This document shows, one piece after another, positions 10,683 through 21,665 of a DNA stretch of 64,000 nt. Origin of the DNA: Thainema sp. (GTDB lineage Bacteria; Cyanobacteriota; Cyanobacteriia; Phormidesmidales; Phormidesmidaceae). The notes under the pieces are model-generated. The model had not been told where the DNA came from, ran no database searches, and was given only the letters and a program-made list of their open reading frames with translations. Numbering within the stretch: the first letter of the stretch is position 1; every line of letters begins with the position of its first letter. Location: assembly GCA_052168235.1 (NCBI GenBank), contig JBQLZK010000006.1, forward strand, positions 1 through 64,000. The letters run 5' to 3'. The translations under genes and the position numbers were made by a program.

Positions 10683-11594
10683 CTAAGATCTCAGATCTTC
10701 CGTCCCTGCAATATGACCAAAAATGTGCTCGGAATAGTCCCAGAGTTCTGGGTGCTGGAAAAGCTGACGGTAGCGTTCATCGTTGAGGAAATGCTTCCAG
10801 CGGTTGGTAACGTCCATTTTGTGGGCGCGATCGCAAAATTCCTGGCCTTCAAATGAGCTGCCACCACCCCAAGAGCCGACTTTGTTAATGCCCGCATCGG
10901 TAAAGTCGAGTCCCAAGTGCTCCGCGACTTGCTGACGGTAGGCGACATCGTTAGCCCACTGGTTGTAATTGACACAGAGCTTGTTGTGCGTCAGGTAGTT
11001 CGTCTCACCAACAAACTCTCTGGCGTAGTCCAGCCACAGCTCCACCATGCTTTTGCCCGGTGCGGCTACGTCCAGGTATTCATTCTTGAGCCGACTGGCA
11101 AATAGATTAAACGGATCGCGCAGAATCAGCAGGTCGCAGCGAGCTTGGCTATATCCGACATAGAGGTCGTGCTTGCGCTCAAACGAGTCGCTGGTGATTT
11201 GCGGGAGGCCGTGATCTTCGTAGCTGTAGAGAAACCAGTCTTTCTTGACGAAGTTACCAATCGCTTCCTGCCGATAGCGTTCTGCCTGCCAGCCGTGTTC
11301 TGGGTAATAGTCCCGCAGATGCTCGTACTTATAGCGATAGGGATTTTCCAGCGGAATCAGGTTGTTGAGATGCTGCGTCGTGCCCGTCGCCTGTTCTTGA
11401 ATCCAGGTGATGAGGGCGTGATTGCCCGTGCGCCGCAGACCGACGATACGAATTTCGCGTTGGTTGATAACCTGACTAAATGTGTCCTGTTGGGTTTGCG
11501 ATCGCACCCAGTCTTGCCACCCATGCTCTAGCAAAATGGTGGCTTTGCGAATGGCCTTATGCGGTGAGCGGAGCGCTTTCAGCAGCAGAGTCAT
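10683..11594 (-). CDS. Sulfotransferase-like protein
   Basis: GLRRTGNH (PAPS loop-like) and LILRDPFNLFAS; follows a GT2 gene. Confidence 0.6.
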   Translation of the reverse strand: MTLLLKALRSPHKAIRKATILLEHGWQDWVRSQTQQDTFSQVINQREIRIVGLRRTGNHALITWIQEQATGTTQHLNNLIPLENPYRYKYEHLRDYYPEHGWQAERYRQEAIGNFVKKDWFLYSYEDHGLPQITSDSFERKHDLYVGYSQARCDLLILRDPFNLFASRLKNEYLDVAAPGKSMVELWLDYAREFVGETNYLTHNKLCVNYNQWANDVAYRQQVAEHLGLDFTDAGINKVGSWGGGSSFEGQEFCDRAHKMDVTNRWKHFLNDERYRQLFQHPELWDYSEHIFGHIAGTEDLRS

Positions 11595-11629
11595 AAGTCA
11601 AATCGGTGAACAAACAACTAGAACAATAC

Positions 11630-12568
11630 TTATCGAAGAACGCCAAACGCTGCCGCCCGTAATGGACGCGGCAAGTACGAAAGCATGAGGCCAACTCTGG
11701 CCTTTTTCAGGGATGAACTTTGTCCGGCTTGTAGATACTGCCGTCCCTGTTCGATTTGGCCCAGTTCAATCAGGCGCAGTCCCAGCGTCAGTTGGGTATC
11801 CCGCAGGCGCTTTAGGCGACAGGCTTCAATCTTTTCCACCTCGAACTGAAAATTTTCCAGATACTGAATTTCGTCTTTGAGATATTGAATTGCTCGTCCC
11901 AAACCCTGCTGTCCGGCGTGGACTCGGTACTCCATCAGCCGTTCGGGTAGGTAATAAGCCTGCTTATTTGCGATCGCAAGTCGCACCAGTAAATCATTGT
12001 CTTCGCAGTTTTGCAGGTTGGGGCGCATGTAGTCCACGTCAATCAGCGCTTGTCGCCGAAACAGACTGGCACCAATTTGTAGACTTTGGCGAACGAAGGT
12101 GATGTGCAGCAGGTTTTCGACTCGGCCTTCCGGTAAGCGGTGGCGCTGCCATTTGTGGCTATTGGCCTCGGTGGCCTCTAGCTGACGCGCATTGTGGATG
12201 TCGATAATCCAGTGATCGGTGCTGACAAAGTCAATGTCGGGATAGGAATCAAGTACCGCTACCGTTTTGCTAAGGAAATCGGGCGTAATCCGGTCGTCGT
12301 CGTCGAATTTGAGGAAATACTCACCCTGCGCCGCATCGAAACCGGAGCGCATGTTGTTGCTCTTGCCAATGTTGTCCACATGCCGAAGGTAGCGAATGCG
12401 CGGATCGGTTAAACCCGCCATGAAATCCGCCGTATCGTCAGTGGAACCATCGTCACACACGATTAGCTCAAAATCTGTGTAGGTCTGACGCAAGACACTT
12501 GCGATCGCATTTTCCAGCAAATCACGGCGATTATGCGTCGGGATCGTGATCGAAACTTTGGGGGGCAT
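11630..12568 (-). CDS. Glycosyltransferase family 2
   Basis: VSITIPTHNR, CDDGSTD, FDDDD, CEDNDL. Confidence 0.93.
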   Translation of the reverse strand: MPPKVSITIPTHNRRDLLENAIASVLRQTYTDFELIVCDDGSTDDTADFMAGLTDPRIRYLRHVDNIGKSNNMRSGFDAAQGEYFLKFDDDDRITPDFLSKTVAVLDSYPDIDFVSTDHWIIDIHNARQLEATEANSHKWQRHRLPEGRVENLLHITFVRQSLQIGASLFRRQALIDVDYMRPNLQNCEDNDLLVRLAIANKQAYYLPERLMEYRVHAGQQGLGRAIQYLKDEIQYLENFQFEVEKIEACRLKRLRDTQLTLGLRLIELGQIEQGRQYLQAGQSSSLKKARVGLMLSYLPRPLRAAAFGVLR

Positions 12569-12727
12569 AGCCAGCGCAGACGTTTAATAAACTTAAAGAT
12601 AGGTTTCCCAGAAACAAGCCCAACCCATCTAGAGTTAGAGGAATTTATGCAAGCGTTACTGCTGCCGTTTGGGATAATCCCGAGAATGCCGCCTACGATG
12701 GTTGATATAGTTGCCTAAACGACTCGC

Positions 12728-12967
12728 ATGACAAACTACAAAACATTCATCACCATTGAAGACCCTAATCAAGTCGTTCTATCAAACTTGCCGTTTCAAA
12801 AGGGCCAACGGGTTAGGGTTGTGATACTGGCTGAAGACAATGAACAGGACACAGCCAGTCAGAAATTCCGCAGTTTATTCAGAACGACCCAAACTTTGCC
12901 TGGAGTGAGTGAGGTGACGGAGGCTGACGTTGCGGCTGAGATTGAAGCATATCGTAGAGGCGAATGA
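12728..12967 (+). CDS. Putative antitoxin upstream of PIN toxin
   Basis: 79 aa, LPFQKGQRVRVVI, C-terminal EADVAAEIEAYR; ATGA overlap with the PIN gene. Confidence 0.7.
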   Translation: MTNYKTFITIEDPNQVVLSNLPFQKGQRVRVVILAEDNEQDTASQKFRSLFRTTQTLPGVSEVTEADVAAEIEAYRRGE

Positions 12968-13212
12968 GAGTCATCATTGACACCAATGTTCTCGTCTCTG
13001 CCGTATTGAGGGATCGAGATCCTGAACTTGTCGTTCAGTTCATTGTTGACAATCCAGAGTTTGAATGGGTTGTTTCTCACGATATCTTGACTGAGTATAA
13101 AACTGTTCTCAGCCGACCTAATTTTTGCGTAAACGCCCAAAGATCCCAAATGGGTTCTATGAATTTGGTGATGTCTTTCGAGTGCCGTTTCCCTGTAAAG
13201 GCTTGGAAATAA
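12964..13212 (+). pseudogene. PIN-domain toxin, truncated after about 54 codons
   Basis: MRVIIDTNVLVSA..ILTEYKTVLSRP is present; the C-terminal RD..D / TGD acidic motifs are absent and replaced by unrelated sequence. Confidence 0.75.
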
Positions 13213-13246
13213 TAGCGCTGTGGTCAGCAGGATGAAGAGAAGGGCA

Positions 13247-13765
13247 ATGAGTGATCTGTATGAGCTAGGTTTTACGCTTGAACTAAAGCAAGATTTACCA
13301 CAAGAAGTTCAAGAAACACTGATTTATATGACTCGTTCGGGCAGCGTTAGCGATGAACCACCGCTTCTGGATCATCCTTTTTTTCATATTGAAGGATTCA
13401 CCACAGAGTGGACATATTTAATTTCCAATTTACGTGTCTATAATGAAGAGATAATAGGAGCACCCTGTGGTAGTGTCTTTGCTGACAACCGAGTAACGTT
13501 TCGAGGTGTAATTCATGAAGATCCCTTCTGGAATACTTGGCTCGAATTCCCGGACTGGTTATTTTCGATTAGTTCATCTAGCGGATTAATTGGTTATTAC
13601 CAAAATACCATTTATGATGAACCAATCACTTTGGTCTCATTCCAGCCGGAAGGTGTTGTTGCATCAGAATGTGAGAACTACTCAGAATTTGAGGATTTAC
13701 AAAACCTAATCATCGAGATTCTGGAAAGTTCAACATTTCAAGCTCCAGTGCTCCAAGAAGAGTAA
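13247..13765 (+). CDS. Hypothetical acidic protein
   Basis: 172-aa ORF after a purine-rich leader; no motif recognised. Confidence 0.6.
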   Translation: MSDLYELGFTLELKQDLPQEVQETLIYMTRSGSVSDEPPLLDHPFFHIEGFTTEWTYLISNLRVYNEEIIGAPCGSVFADNRVTFRGVIHEDPFWNTWLEFPDWLFSISSSSGLIGYYQNTIYDEPITLVSFQPEGVVASECENYSEFEDLQNLIIEILESSTFQAPVLQEE

Positions 13766-13858
13766 GCTGATTCTTCAGGCTAAAGCTTGGGTAAGTTCGG
13801 TGTTTGCGATTGTTATAGGGAACTATGAAGGTGGCGTTCTAATTATCCTCGATTGCCC

Positions 13859-15073
13859 ATGAGAATTTTGATGCTGTCGTCCACGTTTCCCTATCCGCCC
13901 ACGCGGGGAGGGACGCAGGTACGGACGTTTAATCTGCTGAAGTACTTGAGTCAGCGGCATGAGATTACGCTGATTACCCAGCGCACAACCGATGTGACCG
14001 ATCAGGAAGTGGCAGGACTGCGGCAGTGGGTGACAGATTTGCGCCTGACGGAAGCCCCAACAGCGGAACCCGCTTCAGGCAAGTGGGATAAGCTGGCGCG
14101 GCTCGGTCAGTTTGCCATTCAGGGTGTTCCGCCGCATGTGCAGCATCTCTATTCGCCACAAATTCAAGCCTGGGTTGATCAGGCCGTCCAGGATCAAAAG
14201 GTAGACGCAATCACCTGCGAACATAGCGTCAACGAAATCTATGTGCGGCCTGCGTTTCAGAAAACGGTTCGCACCGTTGTGAATATCCACAGTTCCGTCT
14301 ACGGCACCTGCAAAAATCAACTCAGTACAGACACCAGCGAAAATCCAATCCGCGATCGCATTAATCTTCCCCTGCTCTGGCGATACGAAAAGCAGTACTG
14401 CCAAAAGTTTTCCCGGATTGTGGTGACAACCGAAGATGATCAGCAGCAGATGCAGGCGTTTAGTCCCGGTAGCCAGATTGCGGTGATTCCCAATGGCGTG
14501 GATTTAGAAGCGTTTCCCGTTCGGCAAAGCGATCCGGGGGGGCATCATCTGGTCTTCATTGGCGCGATGGATAACATTGCCAATATTGACGCGGTGCTGT
14601 TTTTCTGTCGGGAGGTGTGGCCGCTGGTGCGGCAGCGCTACGGGGATGCAAAGTTATCCTTGGTTGGCTCCCGTCCGGTGCCGGAGATTCAGGCGTTTGG
14701 GGAGCAGCCCGGAATTACGGTCACGGGTCGCGTACCGTCAATGGTGGATTATCTGCACCAGGCCACCGTTTGCGTTGTCCCCATGCGGACGGGATTCGGG
14801 ATTAAAAACAAAACGTTAGAAGCAATGGCGGCTGGAATTCCGGTTATCGGCAGCGATCGCGGATTAGAGGGATTAGAGGTAGATTTGCCGAATCAGCCGC
14901 TGCGGGCTTTACGCGCCAATACCGTTGAAGAATATGTAGCTGCGATCTCACATTTATTTGAAAATTCAACGTTACGACAAGATCTGTCTCGGAATGGGCG
15001 CGAACTGATTGAACAGTGCTATACCTGGGAAGCAGCGGGGCATCTGTATGAACAAGTATTAACGAGTGGCTAA
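13859..15073 (+). CDS. Glycosyltransferase family 4
   Basis: MRILMLSSTFPYPP, IPNGVD, GIKNKTLEAMAAG. Confidence 0.93.
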   Translation: MRILMLSSTFPYPPTRGGTQVRTFNLLKYLSQRHEITLITQRTTDVTDQEVAGLRQWVTDLRLTEAPTAEPASGKWDKLARLGQFAIQGVPPHVQHLYSPQIQAWVDQAVQDQKVDAITCEHSVNEIYVRPAFQKTVRTVVNIHSSVYGTCKNQLSTDTSENPIRDRINLPLLWRYEKQYCQKFSRIVVTTEDDQQQMQAFSPGSQIAVIPNGVDLEAFPVRQSDPGGHHLVFIGAMDNIANIDAVLFFCREVWPLVRQRYGDAKLSLVGSRPVPEIQAFGEQPGITVTGRVPSMVDYLHQATVCVVPMRTGFGIKNKTLEAMAAGIPVIGSDRGLEGLEVDLPNQPLRALRANTVEEYVAAISHLFENSTLRQDLSRNGRELIEQCYTWEAAGHLYEQVLTSG

Positions 15074-15154
15074 TTTTAGTCACCAATCGGACATTTAGCG
15101 GCAAAATTCCACTTGTCTACGCTCATGTTCCCTTGGATCTCCTAAGCTTTCGTC

Positions 15155-17587
15155 ATGCCTGGTTCTCCCGACAAATCACGCTCTCCCATTCCTCCTCACC
15201 GCTCTCTGTCAAAACCCAATCGATCTGCCCTCGCCCAGCGTTCAGCCGCGTCTAAAAAGCAGCCACCAACGAACTCAGCCGCTCGGATCATCTGGCGCAT
15301 GATCGGCAGCACGGTGCTAATCTCCAGCGTGGCGGGCATGTTGGCCTTGGTCGGGGCAGGGCTTTACACGGGCTATCAACTGGTGATGAATCCCAGTGCA
15401 GTCACTCTACTCGATAAGGTGTGGCCCGAGTGGCGCGACATTAACAAGGCAGAACCCCAAGCTCAGCTCTGGTCAGACATTGAGGCGGGTATCAAAACTG
15501 CCGAGCTGGAGGTTGGTGAACCTATCTCGCTGCATGAAGACGGCTTTGATCCGACCCAACCTCGTCCGTTTCTTCTGCCGCTACTAGATCGTCGGAACGG
15601 TTGTGAAACAAACTGCACCCGGATCACCGAACTGCGTGTCTATCGGCCTACTCAGCCCAGTAGCTGGCCGCCCCAGCCTGACCAGAGATTTATCCCCGTT
15701 GATCAGCTTTACGTCAACGGACTGAGCGAAAACTTTGTCTTACGTCCGCGTCAGGAGGCGCTGGGATTACCGGAAGGGAGCGATCGCATCTTGTCCCTCA
15801 CCGAATTAGTCGCCTTGCAGGACAATGCTCCTGACACAGGCCGCTGGTTTACGCTGCAGGGGAAATACACGCTCAGTGGCGATCCGGTGCTGTATGGTCA
15901 AGTCTTGCACTATGATGCTGACCAGCGACGGCTCAATTTTCAGCTCTCCTGGACGAGTCCAGCCGATCAGCTGCCGACTTGGCGGGAACTATCGGGTGCA
16001 GCGCCGCCGGAACTGGTGGTGAATCAGACCGTTGCCCTAGAGCCAACCTTCAAAGGATATCAACTCGTGGATGTGCCGACCGTCAAGCGGCTCGATCAGC
16101 TAGAAGAGATTTCCTTTACCAATCAAATTCTGAACGACAAAGCCTATCACAACGCGCTGCGACTGGCCCAGAAAGGCCTATGGTCAGCGGCACTCCAGAC
16201 CTTGCGTCCCGTCAAAGATGCCGCCAGAAACTGGACGGAAGCCACCGAAGCTCAGTATCAGCTCATCGAGCTACACGCCCAGGAAACCAAGGCGCAAGCT
16301 AACAGTCAGTGGTCAAGCCCCAGCCAGCAGCTACTAGCTTATTTGGTGGATGGCCGCTGGGACGATGGGCTGACTCTGTTTGAGCAGCAGCCGGACAGCG
16401 CTCGTCAGGACATGCTGAGCTTACTCAAATCGGACTCTGGTAAGCTGTGGGGTCGCGTACAAACGGCACTGCAAATCTCTCCCAACCAGCTTGATATCCG
16501 CACTTGGGGCGGCCTGCTGCTAGCCATTCAGGATGAACCGAATGCGGCTTATACCTGGTTGAAGCAGCAGCCCAATCCTTCCGCCGCGACCGAAGCGCGG
16601 GTTCGCCATCTGCTGAGCCTGATTGATGAGTCAGACGGCACAGTTTTAGTCAACGCGCCTAATGCTGAGTCAACAGAGGTAAAAAATACGGCCAGCACGT
16701 CCAATTTGCCCACGACCAGTCGGATCGTCGGGACAGCAAGTGCGATCGCACCTGGAACTCTCCAACCAAACCAATGGCTCTGGCCTAACCAGCCACTATC
16801 ATCAGCCCCACCCGCTGGACAAACTTGGTACGTCATTGATGTTACACAGTTTCACGATGGGCAGCGCTGGCAGCTACCCGCCAGCGCCACGCTACCGAAG
16901 CAGGCGACGCCTCTCTGGAAAGCGCTGGGATTACATCAGGACAGCTACATGCGCCTGACCAGTTGGGACTCCATGCTGGATTCCTACGGCGTGAATGCTC
17001 AGATACAGGCAGTTAAGCAACAGGGCAATCGCTTGCAGCTCCTGGCGTTGGGCGATGCACCTGCGGACGTGCCGACTGCGAGTACCGCGCTGGCGGCCAC
17101 TGCTACTGCCTTCAACTGGCAATCGATTCCCGCACCGGATTCGTTCGGAGCGCTCTATCAGGAGAATCCTCAACTGGCCCAGGATTTATGGACGGTACTG
17201 TGGCCCTATCTCCAGCAGACTCAATATGTTGTGTCAGTCCCCGTACAAAACGTTACGGCGGTTCTGCAACAGATGCAAAGCTGGCCGATTCGCCGCTTCG
17301 ATGTAACGGGCGATGGTCAGGATGAATTGGTGCTCAGCCTCTCCTCTCCCGACCTGCATCAGCTTTCGTACGTCAGCGATCGCGCCGCTCAGCTTGAAAC
17401 CGTCGCCTCCCGCACGCTCATCTTTTCAGCCAATGGACTGCTACTGTATAGCGACCTGAATCAACCGGGGCAAACCCTAACTGCGATCGCACAATTGAGC
17501 GACTCCAACGGCTCAACATTGGTCGTTCGTCAGGCGAACACGTTTCAGCTCAAAACCTGGTCAGCGCAGGGACAAAGGTTCAACTAG
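15155..17587 (+). CDS. Large membrane-anchored hypothetical protein
   Basis: 810 aa, one N-terminal hydrophobic helix, C-terminal DVTGDGQDELVL (FG-GAP/VCBS-like). Confidence 0.75.
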   Translation: MPGSPDKSRSPIPPHRSLSKPNRSALAQRSAASKKQPPTNSAARIIWRMIGSTVLISSVAGMLALVGAGLYTGYQLVMNPSAVTLLDKVWPEWRDINKAEPQAQLWSDIEAGIKTAELEVGEPISLHEDGFDPTQPRPFLLPLLDRRNGCETNCTRITELRVYRPTQPSSWPPQPDQRFIPVDQLYVNGLSENFVLRPRQEALGLPEGSDRILSLTELVALQDNAPDTGRWFTLQGKYTLSGDPVLYGQVLHYDADQRRLNFQLSWTSPADQLPTWRELSGAAPPELVVNQTVALEPTFKGYQLVDVPTVKRLDQLEEISFTNQILNDKAYHNALRLAQKGLWSAALQTLRPVKDAARNWTEATEAQYQLIELHAQETKAQANSQWSSPSQQLLAYLVDGRWDDGLTLFEQQPDSARQDMLSLLKSDSGKLWGRVQTALQISPNQLDIRTWGGLLLAIQDEPNAAYTWLKQQPNPSAATEARVRHLLSLIDESDGTVLVNAPNAESTEVKNTASTSNLPTTSRIVGTASAIAPGTLQPNQWLWPNQPLSSAPPAGQTWYVIDVTQFHDGQRWQLPASATLPKQATPLWKALGLHQDSYMRLTSWDSMLDSYGVNAQIQAVKQQGNRLQLLALGDAPADVPTASTALAATATAFNWQSIPAPDSFGALYQENPQLAQDLWTVLWPYLQQTQYVVSVPVQNVTAVLQQMQSWPIRRFDVTGDGQDELVLSLSSPDLHQLSYVSDRAAQLETVASRTLIFSANGLLLYSDLNQPGQTLTAIAQLSDSNGSTLVVRQANTFQLKTWSAQGQRFN

Positions 17588-17615
17588 GTAGGGACACGGC
17601 ATGCCGTGTCCCTAC
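17588..17615. repeat. GTAG-capped REP-like perfect palindrome
   Basis: GTAGGGACACGGCATGCCGTGTCCCTAC, 28 bp, directly after a stop codon. Confidence 0.85.
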
Positions 17616-17620
17616 GCCTC

Positions 17621-17723
17621 ATATCAAGTCTGGTTGAAAACCCATAATTGATTTTTCGTGAAACGTTTGCGGAGCAAACGTTTCACGAAAAATCAATTGG
17701 GTTCTTATACACAAACTTGATAT
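17621..17723. repeat. Palindromic dispersed element
   Basis: Outer IR ATATCAAGT/ACTTGATAT; inner perfect 25-bp arms with GGA loop at 17646-17698. Confidence 0.85.
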
Positions 17724-17728
17724 CACCC

Positions 17729-18661
17729 TCATGCGTCTACTTTGGTACTTCGCATTGAGGTCGATACCGTTTGATCAGCGACAAAGACTTCAATGGGTTG
17801 GCTCATCTGATAGCGGCGACGAATCCGCTGATGATCGAAAATACCCAGGGCGGGCGGGACGCGCAGAATCACGCGATCGCTTTGGGCTAAGCGAACAGCA
17901 AGTTCCTGGCGAACTTTAGGGCGGTGCATCCAGTGGATGTTGGGGCGCAGGTGATGCTCTTGGTGATAGCCTTCGTAGCAAAACAGCAGGTTATACAAGC
18001 GACCGTAGTAGCTGGTGGAATTGGCGTAGCGGTCTTCTGGCGTAGTGCCAAAGTGCTCGTAATAGTTCTCGACGTGCTCTAGCACCCAGCCCGCGTACAT
18101 GACGGGCAGCCAAATGCACAGCGCATACTGCCAGGACACAATGAAGAAGGCCACGATGCTGAATCCGCAGGCCATCAACTCGACGATGAACTGATCGGTG
18201 TCGTTGTTGCGCCGAATCTCGTCTAGATACTCGCTCAGATCAATCCGCAACGGGCCGAGGCAGCAGTAGGACAGCAGCGATTCAGATTCACCATTTTTGC
18301 CGTAGGCGAACAACGAGGTGGGATCGAGGGTGCGACCATCTGGCCCTTGGCGGTCGTTATTGTAGCGGTGGTGAGCAAAATGTTCGTAGCGATAGTGAAC
18401 CTGCGGCACACCCAAATTCACGGAATTCAAAGTGGCATAGATCCGATTCAGCACATCCCACTTAAACCAGGGGGTATGAACGAAATTATGGCTAGAAACC
18501 AGCCCGTTATACCAAAACAAAAAGATGCATAGCGGCAGAAAAAACAAATTGTGAGCCAGCGGACGACTAGCCCAGGTAACGGCCAGCCAGATATTCAGCG
18601 CTAGCTGTAGCAACGTAATGGTGAGCGGAACACTATCCCGCCAGGTATATCGCCAAAACAT
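17729..18661 (-). CDS. Membrane fatty-acid desaturase family protein
   Basis: His boxes HNFVH, HFAHH, HQEHH plus TM segments; ATG at 18661 follows a plausible leader. Confidence 0.88.
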   Translation of the reverse strand: MFWRYTWRDSVPLTITLLQLALNIWLAVTWASRPLAHNLFFLPLCIFLFWYNGLVSSHNFVHTPWFKWDVLNRIYATLNSVNLGVPQVHYRYEHFAHHRYNNDRQGPDGRTLDPTSLFAYGKNGESESLLSYCCLGPLRIDLSEYLDEIRRNNDTDQFIVELMACGFSIVAFFIVSWQYALCIWLPVMYAGWVLEHVENYYEHFGTTPEDRYANSTSYYGRLYNLLFCYEGYHQEHHLRPNIHWMHRPKVRQELAVRLAQSDRVILRVPPALGIFDHQRIRRRYQMSQPIEVFVADQTVSTSMRSTKVDA

Positions 18662-19506
18662 AGGAGGAATCTCGTTGAATGAATAACAAACGCAGATTCG
18701 ACGGTGGAGAATCGAATCCACAGGAGATAACCTGCTTGCAGCGGTTACACCATCGGTACACCGCTCTCTGGCAAGCCATCTTGAGGTTTATTCATGCAAT
18801 TGCGACTTTAGCGATCGCAGGTTGTCCAACCGTCTCTATCTCTGCGAATGGTTCATCAATCGCAATAGATATCCCGCGATGCTCCAAGGTCCTATGTCAA
18901 TGCGCAATCATGGGTTTCAACCGGACTTCAAATCAGTGAGTAACCCGATGAATCACAATTTCTGATCTAGACGGCTCCAGACCAGCACAGAAAATTCAAA
19001 ATCTCACTCAAAATTTCGCGACATGAGATGGCGTTGACTACACCATCACCAAGCCTCTATCCATCCAGTTCAAATTAATAGTCAAACTTAGTCATCAAAT
19101 CAAATTAAACAGCCAACACTGCAGCAATTTAACCTTCAACAACTTCAAACGACTTCAACTGCAAAACTGAAGCCGAAACAAGCAGCCATAACCAACCGAC
19201 AAGCACACCTTAAATTCAGGTATTAATCTCGAAACGCTATCCATTGAGTGCAGATCCAGAGAATATCCCGGATCTGGGCCAAATCTGGTATCCGACCCCC
19301 AAATTTGCCATCTAAACCATTAACTGGGCTTAATTCTACCCAAGCGATCGCAATCCGGATCAGCGTTGGGCAAATATTTATCGAAATTAATCTTGAGATA
19401 GATGGCAATCTAAATCGCTGCCTCACCTACGGGGGAATTTTGAGAGCGCATAACGCAACAGAATAGGAGCGTTTCTACCTGATTTTCTATCCATCCCGTC
19501 TCTTTT

Positions 19507-20763
19507 ATGAATGATTCCGGTTTTTGGCAGCTCTACAGTGAAGCCGCTCTTACCTCGCTAGGATTCTTTTGGAAAGCACTATGGGCCTTTATTCTGGGCT
19601 ATATCGTCAGTAGCGCGATTCAGGTGTTTGTCACCCGCGAACGAATGCAGAAAACGATGGCTGCTGGCCGCAGCAGTGTGGCACTCGGCACGTTTTTCGG
19701 CTTTATCTCCAGTTCCTGTAGTTTTGCCGCGCTCGCCACAACCAAATCGCTGTTCAAAAAAGGGGCGGGCTTTGTCCCCGCCATTGCGTTTCTGCTGGCT
19801 TCCACAAACCTAGTGATTGAACTGGGAATTATCATCGCCATTTTTCTGGGCTGGCAGTTCGTCGTCGGGGAATATGTCGGCGGCATTTTGCTGATTCTCT
19901 GCTCCTGGTTGCTGGTCAAGTTGGCGCGACCGAAAGATCTGATTCGGAAAGCCCGTGAGCGGCTGAGACACCGAGAAGGCTTAGACGACAGCGACAACCA
20001 GGGGATGGACTGGCAGGAGAAAATCCAGAGCATCAAGGGTTGGCAGCAGGTGGCTCAGCACTACTTTATGGAGTGGGGCATGGTCTGGAAGGATGTCACC
20101 GTTGGCTTTACGATTGCGGGTATTATCGCTGTCTTCGTCCCCGAATCATTTTTCCAAACGCTATTTATCGGCGCTGGCGGCAGCGGTAGCCCTGGATTTT
20201 TAGCGATTCTGGAAAACGTAATTGTCGGCCCGATTGCCGCCTTTTTCACGTTTATCGGCTCAATGGGCAACATTCCCCTAGCCGCAGTACTCTACAGCAA
20301 CGGCGTCAGCTTTGGAGGCATCATGGCGTTTATCTTCAGCGACTTGGTCGTCTTTCCCGTCATCCGCGTCAATGCCAAGTACTACGGCTGGAAGATGGCC
20401 TTCTACATTTTGGGATTGCTGTTTGCCTCACTGATTGCGACCTCATTGATCTTGCACTACGGATTTGCCGCGCTGGGTATCTTACCGGACAGCAGCAGCT
20501 CCAGTAACGCTGCCCAAAGCGATCGTTTTGCCATTGACTACACCTTTTTCCTCAATCTAATTTTTCTGGCCATCACAGGTGTTTTAGTCTGGCTCAAGTT
20601 CAAAGGCAAAAGCAAGTCGAAGCACAACGGTCATCACGGTCACGACCACGGCAGCAACCAGAGCATCATTGAAACCGTCCTGTTCTGGCTAGCAATGGTG
20701 TCTTACGTCTGGCTCGCTGGCGGAGTGATTGCCAATCTATTTGTTAGCGGTGGTGGTGGATGA
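19507..20763 (+). CDS. Permease (DUF318/ArsP-like) with a His-rich loop
   Basis: SSSCSFAA, ASTNLVIELG, SMGNIPLA; many TM helices; HNGHHGHDH. Confidence 0.85.
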   Translation: MNDSGFWQLYSEAALTSLGFFWKALWAFILGYIVSSAIQVFVTRERMQKTMAAGRSSVALGTFFGFISSSCSFAALATTKSLFKKGAGFVPAIAFLLASTNLVIELGIIIAIFLGWQFVVGEYVGGILLILCSWLLVKLARPKDLIRKARERLRHREGLDDSDNQGMDWQEKIQSIKGWQQVAQHYFMEWGMVWKDVTVGFTIAGIIAVFVPESFFQTLFIGAGGSGSPGFLAILENVIVGPIAAFFTFIGSMGNIPLAAVLYSNGVSFGGIMAFIFSDLVVFPVIRVNAKYYGWKMAFYILGLLFASLIATSLILHYGFAALGILPDSSSSSNAAQSDRFAIDYTFFLNLIFLAITGVLVWLKFKGKSKSKHNGHHGHDHGSNQSIIETVLFWLAMVSYVWLAGGVIANLFVSGGGG

Positions 20764-21627
20764 AGCCTGCGATCGCTCTGCCAGGATTTTAGCTTTGGCT
20801 TTTTGCCACAGTCCCTCTAGCTCTTCAATTGAATAATCCTCTAGCGGACGAGTTGCCACCGATTCTACCAACCCAAACCGCTGAATGAACCGCCGATTGG
20901 TGCCTTGGAGGGCTTCGGCAGGATCAAGGTCGTGCCAGCGGGCGATGTTGACTAGCGTAAATAACAGATCGCCCAGTTCCGCTTCCTGATTTTCCTGGGG
21001 TTCATCTGCGATCGCAGTTCTAAATTCGTCCAGTTCCTCATGGAATTTGTCCCAGACGCCGTTCACGTCGTCCCACTCAAAGCCTGCTTTGGCAGCTTTT
21101 TTAGAGATTTTCATACTGGCCATCAGCGGCGGCAAGCTGCGGGCATAGCGGGTCAGCTTGGGCGTGAGCTTGGTGGGATCTTCCGTATCGGCTTTTTCCT
21201 CGGCCTTAATCTGCTCCCAGTTACGCCGCACGTCGTCTACATTGTCTACGGACTCATCCCCAAACACGTGGGGATGCCGCCGCACCAGCTTCTCGGCAAT
21301 GCCGTCAGCAATTTGGCCTAGGTCGAACTGGTTCTGCTCCCGCGCAATCTGGGCTTGCAAAACCACCTGGAGCAGCAAATCCCCCAGTTCCTCTGCGATA
21401 TCGGTTGGATTGCCCCCTTGAATCGCGTCCACCACTTCATAGGCTTCCTCAATCACGTAGGGCGTCAGCGTCTCTGCTGTCTGCTCCAAATCCCACGGGC
21501 AGCCGCCATCGGGATTGCGCAACTGAGCCACGACATCAATTAAGCGCTGTAACGCTTGCAGGGTGGGATCATGCGCAGCGTTGTTTTCTAAAGCTTGATG
21601 ATTGAGAGGAGAAATAGACATGGGCAA
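20737..21627 (-). CDS. mazG: Nucleoside triphosphate pyrophosphohydrolase
   Basis: GCPWDLEQT, EEAYEVVD, EELGDLLLQV, RRHPHVF and a second ELGDLLF. Confidence 0.96.
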   Translation of the reverse strand: MPMSISPLNHQALENNAAHDPTLQALQRLIDVVAQLRNPDGGCPWDLEQTAETLTPYVIEEAYEVVDAIQGGNPTDIAEELGDLLLQVVLQAQIAREQNQFDLGQIADGIAEKLVRRHPHVFGDESVDNVDDVRRNWEQIKAEEKADTEDPTKLTPKLTRYARSLPPLMASMKISKKAAKAGFEWDDVNGVWDKFHEELDEFRTAIADEPQENQEAELGDLLFTLVNIARWHDLDPAEALQGTNRRFIQRFGLVESVATRPLEDYSIEELEGLWQKAKAKILAERSQASSTTTANK

Positions 21628-21665
21628 AAAGGATTAGAGGTTGGGATGGGTCGGTTTTGCGGTTT

